Source: Tubiluchus corallicola (Eukaryota > Animalia > Priapulida). Taken from it: a DNA stretch of 64,000 nucleotides. A model generated the notes under the pieces. The model made no database searches and was not told the DNA's origin. It saw only the letters and a list, made by a program, of their open reading frames with translations. Positions 24,668-35,400 of this stretch are shown in pieces. How positions within the stretch are numbered: the stretch's first letter is position 1; every line of letters begins with the position of its first letter. The translations under genes were made by a program, and so were the position numbers. Where the stretch lies: the NCBI GenBank assembly GCA_030141605.1, contig JAQGDQ010000124.1:62001-126000 (forward strand), written 5' to 3'.

Positions 24668-27600
24668 TACACTATATATATGAGTAAATTACAACGAGAT
24701 TATTTGAATAAAATATGCCGTCTTCCAATTACTGCGTAACATAAATACTTATCCCACCAGGTGCTTGAGCAAACTTTTTTGCAGCAGCAGTTACAATTAT
24801 CAGCCACTAACAATACAAAACGTTAAACAAAAGATTAGTAATACTGTTTGATGAAATAATCCTGTTGCCAACAATGTAATGAAAACCAGTTACCGATGAT
24901 AATGTGACAAAGTACAACTGGCAAGGGTCACAACTGGCAGCAAGGGCTGTTTGACGCAAGATAAGAATGATTTAAATGTCTTTTGCATTTTTGTGCATGC
25001 ATTTTATGCACATATATTATGTGGTAATTTCAGTGTTTTTATGTGTATATTAAATACAATGAGTTTTTCCTACTAGGGAGAACTTATATCAGTTGTAAAA
25101 CTGTTTGTTTCAAACCTAGCATATGTTGCACCTTCAATAAATTATGTTTAAACCAAACACAATGAATGTTGTTAAGGGTTGGTTTTTCTTATAAAGAGGT
25201 CAGCTTTTAATTAGCTGTTATGAAACTGACTTCGTGTTTACAGGCTACAAAAGCTGAACATTTTTTATGCATTTAAATATTACTTGTAGTCGAGATTTGC
25301 TAATGTGTTTTCAACGGACAGGTTTCTGGAAAGTACAAAAATTTAGTCAGAATGCTGTTGTTGTATGTAATTTTGTTGTTATTTGTTCCAAATGACTAAA
25401 TCACCAGTATCAGAAGGTGGCAAATCACCCATCAATTTCAACATTAATTACAAAAAGACTTAGGTGCTCTTCCACCACAAAAGTAGAAAGTTGTGACCCA
25501 TAATGAAAGTTATTTAGTTCAAAAGGTCAACAAATTTATTACAAATTATTACAGCCAAACGATGTATAAATAAAAGAAACTAGTACATGCTGTCAGCTAT
25601 TGTCAGGTAGTAAATGCAAAAAAGAATATTGCACTCAATATCAAGAAAAAGTTGAAAGGGTGCAAAAGCGAGGATAACAGCCAATGACCAGTTAGGGTCC
25701 TAGGGACATTCTGTTCAGAATTACGTACACAGCAAACAGGTTAAAATATGATAGTTATGTAATTTCACTCATTTACTTTTGCAGAGGCAATAAGAATATC
25801 AACCTGGAATATTATCCCGAATTCGGGTATGCTACCTCTTGTGCCTGGAATAGGACAATACCAATTTGAGTTTCCAGATGAATATAGCTTCGAGAAATTT
25901 TGATGATCGGCAGAAATATAAATATTGTACTAACGGCCAACTTATTATTAGTTCATATGACATGTAAATGTTCGTCACTTTTAACTTTTCTGTGTAAGAG
26001 AGATTATATGGGATCGACTAACTGCTCTAAAAACTGCTGAGCAAAGCAATTTTGCAATTAATGTGACACAGAGCTGCATTCCATAAAATCAAATTGTGTG
26101 CCCGGCAGCTTTAGTAGCCCACCGCCGTTTTAGTCATAAAAAAGATATTTAAATATCATTGGCCATATTATCGTGGTCTTAATTGTCTGATCATATTTAC
26201 CTGATAGTTTAACATATGTTATCTTCAAGTCTTTACTTATATTGCTACACCTTAACATTTGAAAACAGAAGCATTTTCTGCGAACAGTAATTCACTTATC
26301 CATATTTCAGTTATCATGAACTTGTAACTTGTTCACATTTCAATTACCGTAAACTTGTAAGTAGGCTTTCAGTATTGAAGTTCTTCATAACTAACTATTA
26401 TACCACACCTTTTCTTGGTAAGGTTAGTGTTTAAAAGATCTGGAGTAGTGTTAGCTGACTGTAGTTTAAAATTGAGTTAACAGATGGAAAAATATCCACG
26501 AGTTTGAAAACTTGAAGACATGTGTACCTGCCAAGCAGCTAATATCTAAACCTAATTAGTCTTCACATGGCAGAATAGCAACTATTCAGCTAAGTGATTA
26601 GCTAATTAGCATCAAGGTAAAAAGGAATTTACTTGATAAATTCAAAAATATGAAGCATTTTATAGGCAACTTCCAAGAGTGTGTAGTTATTTTCACATGT
26701 GCTATTGTCAAATGCATTCTTTTGCATGGCCAAATTAACAGTGTTTTCACTATTGTATCTTCTTAATACATGCAACTGAATCACTGCATTCGTTTGGTCG
26801 TGTTTCTCAGATCTGTGGTGTTTTCTTATTTATTTGTTATATGTTGTTTACTTTTCCATAAAAGTTAAATCTAAAGGTGTTTAATTAGAATTCTTAAATA
26901 AAGAACTTCTAAAGTGAAAAGCTTTTATTGGAATCTTTTATTTTTCTCAAAAGTGCACAGAAGTTTCATCCCAACCATTACAATTATTAATTAAAATTGT
27001 TGACACAAAAACAATTTCAAAATATACAAACGAATACTAACATAACAATAATTACAATTATTCTGATATGTACATGGTCCCTTATTGCATATATATCATG
27101 TTGTTACCATAAAGAATTCGCATAGAGTAACTATAATATCAAAACAATTTGATATCAAAAACTCGGGGACCTTTAAGGCCATTTTAAGTCATAAGTACAT
27201 GCATCAAATTTTACTTTAACAAATGTGACATAAAAGTATAACAATAAACAGTCATCATCTCTGCTTCTGTTTAACTAGTTGGGAATGCAAAGCATTGGGT
27301 AATCGAGTTTCTTCGCCCAGCTGGCTGCATATCTCATTTAGAACACTATTTACCATTGTCAAGAAGTCCATTTCTTTGTTTCAACAAATTTTAGAATTGT
27401 GAGAAAAGTCTATTGTGATGTCACAATATTAGAAACATAAAAAATTACTGCATGAAGAATAGCAAAGAAGGAAAACGACAACAACGTCATAGTGAATCAG
27501 ACCTCTTTATAAAGTTATTTCATAGAATAACCCAAAAACACAGAATCGGGGCTGCAAGTTTAATAATTAAAATAGCTAATCAAGGCACTTTAAAATCATT

Positions 27601-29453
27601 TTTATGCAAAAAACATTAAAACTGGAATCTGCTTAATTAAGTATAAGAAAATACGAGCATTTTATAAAATTCTTAAATAGTGAGAAACTGGACTAACTAA
27701 AAATATAATTTTAATTTTCCCAACAATGTACAAGCACCACAAATCTATTTAACAACTTCCAGCTAGTGAGACTGCATAACTTAAGAAGAGTGTAGTTGGA
27801 CTAATGTGGTGGTTAATTAAAATTACTACTATCTACAATAAAACAGCATTAACGCTCCACTTTCAATAGAAAAAAATCAGAATTCCCGTACTGGTAAATT
27901 AATAGCAATTCTCCACAAAAACATTGATGTAAGAAGGACTTGTTAACATGAGATTAAAAAAGCTCACGGTGCTCTTTCTGCCATTTCTGGTCGCTGTTTG
28001 TGAAAATTGCAAGCAATACTTTTTGGAAACTATGCCTCTGTCGAAAGCGTGATAATTACAGCCTTGGCATTAGCTTGTTATTGTAGTGTTAGATGAAAAA
28101 GGAAGCACAGATACTGCGTGCACGACATTTTGCAGGGGACAGAACAATGTGGCACATATCATCATTTAGTGAAAGACTAATAAAATTAAATTAAGAATGA
28201 TATTAGTATTCAACAGAAGCAAGTATTGACATAATACTGAAATATGCTCACTTCTGTTCAAGTCATTACAAATCAGGCCCCATGTACGTAGTGTAATCTT
28301 AACAAGCATTTGCTAAGGTCCTTCGAAAATTCTCTATTTTGCCAAGAAAAGCTTAAATAAATTATTTTCTTAAAAATCATGCAACTTTTAACTACAGTTA
28401 AGTGAGCCAGGTTTAAGAAGTGACCAAACTCACATTCAGTCAATCAGGTAATATTTTCACCTTGTATTTCCAAATTATTGCGAGTCACACCAACTAACGG
28501 CTGGCAACAGTTATCTACTGCATCGTGTTTGTGAAATTTATGCTAATACATCGGTAGATTTAAATGGCATTCCATTTGCATCAAGAAATCGATTATAATT
28601 GCATAAAAAGTAATGGTAAAAAAATATTATATTACACGCAACATATGTTGACAATTTCATACTACATTTACTGTATGTAATAAATTGGCAAAAACGTCCA
28701 ATAGCATAAATAAGTAATGAAAAACGCACTCCAATATGATCTCACTTATCTAGCACCTCATTTACCTGTGAAAGCCAGGCACTGCAGGATTTTTTAAATG
28801 CCACCTTTCAAGGCTTTTAAATCAGTGACCCTTTAACCATGCAAATATTAAGTGACAAGAGCTGGCACATGCAGGCTTGTAACTCGATACAGTCAGCTGT
28901 CATGCACTGAGCGATCCTGACTCATAATGAAATGATCTGATGTTGGTTGCGATTGCTAATACAGTCTCATATAAATCTAATTCAAAATAATGGGAAATAC
29001 CAATGCTGCATGGCACATTCTTTCCTGTTACACTGCAGTCTAGCCTTACAGAATGACAATAGAGCAACGTACAATAAATAGACAAGTTAAAAAATGATCT
29101 CGTTCACTCTGTAATACTAATGGGTAAAATCATTATAAATATGATGAGACAATATGAACTTTGTACTTGACAATACAAATTGAGTACTTGTATTTCATGC
29201 TAGTTAACGTATTTCAGTCATCCGAATATTTCACTTGTCTGACAAAGGCTTGGTCTAAAGACAACTGGATCAGTGAGAACATACTGTGTTCACATCGGAA
29301 AATAATTACTTCCGATGCCTACAATTAAGTACCTGAATTTTGTGGCTTTTAACAAATTAGAGTCAGCCGGACAAGGTTCAGTCTGAAGACATGCAGATAA
29401 GTGAGGACACACTGTATTCTCATTGGAAAATTACAGAAGAGCGAAACGGGCAA

Positions 29454-32400
29454 CTAGTAAGCATCAAGTGCTGTTACATTGAAAAACTCGAACTGCCATT
29501 TCTGTGTAGGTGATTGTTTATCACACTCGCTCATGAACACTTCATGCATTTCAGGATTTGAGTCCAGGCAGTGCTTTGTGACACTGTGGAACAGCTGCAT
29601 GCTATGCTGAAATTGATGAAATCAATATGAAACATATAAAGTGAAGCTCATTAAATTAGTGACTGGGAAAGCAAAGCTTCACAACACAGTAAACACAAAG
29701 ACCCACAGGTAGACTGGCTTCTTTATTTAACCTAATGTTTCAGCCTCTCAACCAATGTCATAATTATAGGTAACCACCTACATGTGTATTTAAGCCAAAC
29801 ACAGTAACTATAATTATACTTCAAGACCAGAAACACATTATCAAGATTACACATGATTATATCACTGGCACATTAGGTCAAATAAAGATGTCTTGTTATT
29901 TATAGGTGCTTGTATTTTCTTTTTCAATGAAGCACATCATGCATATAATTAAATTTAAGTCGACTTGATTTTATCAAATTTGAGGGAAAATGACTTGTGA
30001 ATTGATTTCAGACGAGAGCTAAGCCAGTCTTACCCAATCTTGTTTAAAAACCTTTTAAATTTGTTAACGATCTATTTTTAAAGAATAAATAAATTCAGTA
30101 TTACACGAGCAAACTGTACAAATTACCCCACTTCTTTTCTGGTAACATAACACTTTCAGACAACTAATATAAGGCAAAATGATATAACTTTAGGCAAAAA
30201 CGTTGCATTTGAAATTCATGGAAGCATTTGTCTCTTAAATTTAGTGACACGATTACACTTACGTATAAGTATTTCCACTGTTGATTTCCACGCATTCCGT
30301 GACAGTGGTAGAGTATTACAGGTGCACGTTCTCCACCGCTTGACACATCAAAACAAACTGTGCGCTTGAATGGCTTCAGATCTTTTTGCCAACCCAAAAT
30401 GAAATGCTAAAAACACAAGCAGATCACCTGTTACACAGTAAAATAGCTCAGCCTTTGGGATTACAATTTCCGTTGTAACGTTTTGTTAAATTAATGATAC
30501 GAATAGTAGATTGTCTCAGTGATAATAAATATATACCAGTGATTTTGTACATATGTAGTACATTTCATACAAAGATAACACAATAAGAAAACACTGATGG
30601 AACAGAGTTACTAGAAAAGTATACAAAAATATGGAAAAGATAACGGAAATACAAAATGCAATATAGTTTTGCTTATATAAATTTGTTTCAGTTTACTTAC
30701 AAGACAAATGAATGAGGCAACTATAAATGGAGGGCACTGCAAAAAATTTGATTCTACGAAAAATGTAACCAGGATTGTTTTTAAACTATATGTACAATAA
30801 ATAATTAGTACATGTTGAACAACACAACACAAAAGCTGTAAAGTATTGTTGCCTAAGGAAAATTATTGACATGAACACATGTATCTTGTTTAGATGAACT
30901 TTCCTATTTTCATTCGCCATACTGATTCTGGCTGTTTACCTCATTGAGGGATATACGCACATCCAAACGTGGTTAAGAAGCCTCTGTGAGTTCAGTAGCT
31001 CAGTTCAAAAGCGAGCAAAGTCTCGGTCTTACCACAAACATCATGATTACATAGGTCTGCCATTGAAGCTGGATTTCGAGTTATAGTGCGTCAAAAGTTT
31101 TAAAGAAAATTAAAAGGCAGGAAGATGAGACATAAAAGCTTTTTGCTTGCCATCAATCTTTAGACCCCCTGGGAAAGAGTTAAAATGCAATTTACACAAT
31201 TTTTGTGATTCCCAGGTGACCTCATTGGGAAAAAGTCAAAACATATTTAAATAACTTTAATTCCCAAGTTGTTGCCTGCATAGAACAAAATTAAGTGCTG
31301 CTGAAAATTTTGTGAAGTAAGAAGCGAAAAGCGATTTTCTAAGACGAAACTTCCTGTCGGCACATGCATAATTAAATACTTTTAGTTACAACTCGTTCAT
31401 GCAACTAAAAGCTGTATTGTTTTATAATCACATTTTTTAGTTGTATTTTTATTAGTTTTTTGCATACTTTGCATGTGTTTTACTCTACAGCATCTAAGCA
31501 CCTACAAGATGAGATTTTACACTTTAAAGACTAAAAAATTTAAACTTAACTGAAATAAGTGTGCACACTTAATTATTTACCTGTTCTCCACCTTGACCAG
31601 GTGAATCCTTAATACAAGAAGCCAATCCAAATCGTTCATTTGCTCCTTTAAATTGGGTATCAATACAGAGATTGCTTACAGGATTCCTTAGCTGGAATAA
31701 TGGAAATTATTAATAAGTAATAATAATTGAATAAATATTAATAATAATAATTTCTTAATTATTAACTATAATAATCTTCATTCCTTATTTCACTGCAATA
31801 TTCAATAGCATTCCTTGTGTAATCAAAACACCACTAGAATTTGATACTATAAAAATGAAAACTTTACAGTTTTTCAGGAATGTATGTTAGTAGTATGTTC
31901 AACTCGTCTTGAATCACTTTGTTACACAATTTCCTGTGTTCAGGGTTGATGCAGAGGCTAAGAATAGTAGTTACACCACTCTAGCTCACAAGTAAGCTTT
32001 AAATATATGCAGCTTATAATGCTCCGCTAATCTTGTCAACAGATGGCACCACGTTATGCATATTGTATTAATATTGCCGCTATTGGCAGCACTGGTGTTG
32101 CCCTCTACCAAATTTGTTATCGAACTAACAGAAGCAAAATATGTATAAGGTAATGTAGCATTAGTAGTATTATATAACACATATACACACATATATATAC
32201 ATATATACATATAAATAATTCTATAAAAATAATATAAATATATAAAATGTATATATAAATAAACTTTAATTCATTAACCTTTGAAGTGAAAATTGAGGAC
32301 TCTAACTTGTGTACACTTATCTGACTGTTTTGTGATTTGTCTATGGTGAAATTTAACACACCTCTTTACACCGCCAAACTCGCTAGAATACCAACTTCTT

Positions 32401-35400
32401 CCCAGTACAAGTGGGTGGTATAACCAGGTTTGACTGTTAACAACACTGGCGTTTGTAAAAATGTTATGAACTAACAGAAGCTAATGCACTGTAACTTGAA
32501 AATTACAATTATGAAAAATTTATCTTCACACTATATTTTAAATAAATAACAAAACAGGCTAAACAAAAGCACTGACTTACTTCCCCAGTGGCAAAGTCTG
32601 GAGGTTCCTTAGGAGGGTATTTCTTTGGCTGATCGAAGGCTATTTCCTCCATGAACCACTTGAAGGATTTGCACTTTAGTTTTTCTCTCAGGTTCTTCTG
32701 TTCGGTTATGTTTCCGGGATCAAGGTCGCGATAATGAGGGCGCCGCATGTATAAATAGTCCTTGTACTCGTCCATCCAGACTTCCGCAACTCGTTTATAA
32801 TTCTAAATAGTTGCAGAAAACATTGACAATTAAAAGCATTTGCTGGCAATCTTTTCTGATTACGGTTTCAGTGTTTACAGGTTGTCCGAAATTAATATAA
32901 TTAGTAGCAACTACCAATTTTAGTTCAATTTTGAGACATTTATACAGGTCACAAAATTTCCAATTTATTTAGTTACTGCAACTGTAATTGAAAAACTTTT
33001 CCATTGTAATTGAGTACACTCAAATGTAAACAAGCACAAATCTCAATCAAAATGGTACATTTATAAATTTTATCAACAGAAAAAATTTTGCAATCCAAAT
33101 ATATGCTTCAGTAACATTTAACAACAAAAGTGCTTACCTGCTCATAAAAAATTACAATCAGCTGATAAAATCAACTTATAAGCAAAAGGGTTAATTTTCT
33201 ACAATTATGTGCAACCATTAGTAGAACAACACCAAGAAGGAACAAAGAACAAGCTTACTCTGCCTACAAAGTCCCCAATGCCTGGGTTAGGAAAAGGTGC
33301 AAACTTGCGATAGATGTGCCCGACTCGAGAGCAAGGTGCATCAACCATCTCACCCCTACACTGCCAGATCTATAGAAATGCAAGCAGAAGTTTTTAGTTA
33401 AAAAACAAAAGCTTGAAAAGCTTGACGCTACGTCACCATGCTCTCGAAGAGGCCACTTGGTGAATAGGATGTTACCAAAATGCAGCTCCAAATTAGCAGG
33501 TTATTTGTATGAAAAGTGGTGGCTAAAGTTGTAAGATCTCAGCCAGTTTAACTGATCTGAATCTCTCTGCCATATTAATTCTGACACCGATGAAGCTTTT
33601 TGCCAAGTTTTAGATCTTCAACTGATTAGAAAGTTACTTGTAACTACTTGCTCTAACTTTATCTGCACAATCTATGTACTGTACGGAGCAAGAGTAGGTC
33701 AAATCTCTTTACTGATTTACTTTTGAAGCAACTAAAATCACATTATGGACCCTATTTGATATGTGTTACCCCATTTTTTCAAATGTATCAAGTAAGACTT
33801 GAAGAAATATAAAGTAAGCATTAATGTATTTTTGAAAAAGAGGAGTAAGAAGTACAAAGCTAGCCTTATTAGAACAGCAACAGAACCAAATCGAACTTGC
33901 AACTGGAATTTTTCTTCGACCTTCAATTTTTCAATGTTTTATGCAACATGTCCACTCATTTTTTCCCTTATTTAGTCGCAGTGGCTTTCGTTGAAAGGCG
34001 ACTACTTAAAAACTAATTGTCTACCTGCTATGTCATACTATCTATTTAAATCTTGCTTCTAACTCTTGCTACCTTTCAAGTGGCAGCTACATTTAGTAGA
34101 AAAATATCTTAACAACTACGGCTTACAATTATATAACGCATAGTGCACAAGACACTGTTTACAGTAGTATCACAGTTAGTTTAGGTTAGAGAGATCGAAA
34201 AATTCCTGCTGAAAGACTAAAAGTGAGATAAGATTTACTTCTAAAAAAGACATTGTGATACTGCTGTTACGTTGTTAATGCTACAACTAATAGTGATGAA
34301 TGATAAGTATACAGAAGATTAGTAAGACAGTTAAAAGGTGGTGTGCATTGTTAGGTATTTAGGATAGATTTGGGCAAGGCACTTACTCTAGTAATGAAAT
34401 CTCCAAGTTCAGGAGGATTAGGTATAGGAGAAAATAAGCGATAAACATGGCCAATTCGAGAGCATGGTGCATCAATCAATGCACCATGACACATCCAAAT
34501 CTACGAACATACAAATATCTCATTAGCGATAACGAGTTCTGAGAAAAATAATAATTGTTTCTCGGGAATTTTTAACACAGCATGACACTAAAATGTTTTA
34601 AGCCATTTATCATTATAATTACTATACTAGTGTTTTTATGAAGTCAGAATTTAATTAAACTAAAAACTCAACTGTACAAAAAGTTGAGAGTACATTGATT
34701 TCTGTGTGGATTTTGATATGACACACCCATGCTCTCCAGCGGGCCAGAAGAAAAAAGTACAGAGAGAGAGAAAGTAAAGAGTTAAAGGAAGAAGTGAAAG
34801 TGAAGCTGAAGCAACAGTTCCATTTCAAAAACGAAAACTGTTGATAAATTAGTGTAGAGGTGATTCCATTGTAATGGTTCATACTGAATTTAGGACTAAT
34901 ACAAAGCAAGTGAAGTGAGTAACAGATGTTCCTCGTTCTTTTGTCATTTCTTAGCTGACTGACACTAAGCTATTGTCCCAGAATCCAAGGCAACAAATCT
35001 ACATTTGATTCTTAATATAAGTGCTATGTAAAACTTGAAGAATGGTGTGGTTGGTTTGTGTATGCTGACTGAGAGAGTGGCCAGCCACACTTACTCGACC
35101 AATAAAATCTCCAATAGCAGGAGGGGCTCTAATGGGAGAATGACGGTATATGTGGCCAATTCGAGAGCAAGGTGCGTCAATCATTTTACCATGGCACATC
35201 CAAACCTATGAACACAATAACGTAAGTTTTCACAAGAACCATGCAAGATGTGCAAAAGCTGTACATAGATGCTACAACTACCGATGCTACTACTGATAAA
35301 TGGTTGACCAGAAAAATCCCTCTAACTAAATTCATAGCCCTTTATTATGGTAAAGGCATTTGTAAACGAGCCCTCCACTGTTTCTCTAGGAATGACAGGT

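Noticed and set aside
33370-34386. Search for a fifth exon-8 copy in the longest inter-exon intron
   Set aside because: No further W.C.G...PCSR.GH reading frame with splice sites was found by eye.
35238-35244. ACCATGC upstream of the 8b acceptor as another antisense selector
   Set aside because: Only a 7-nt match and lacks the GGCCA block; cannot be distinguished from chance.
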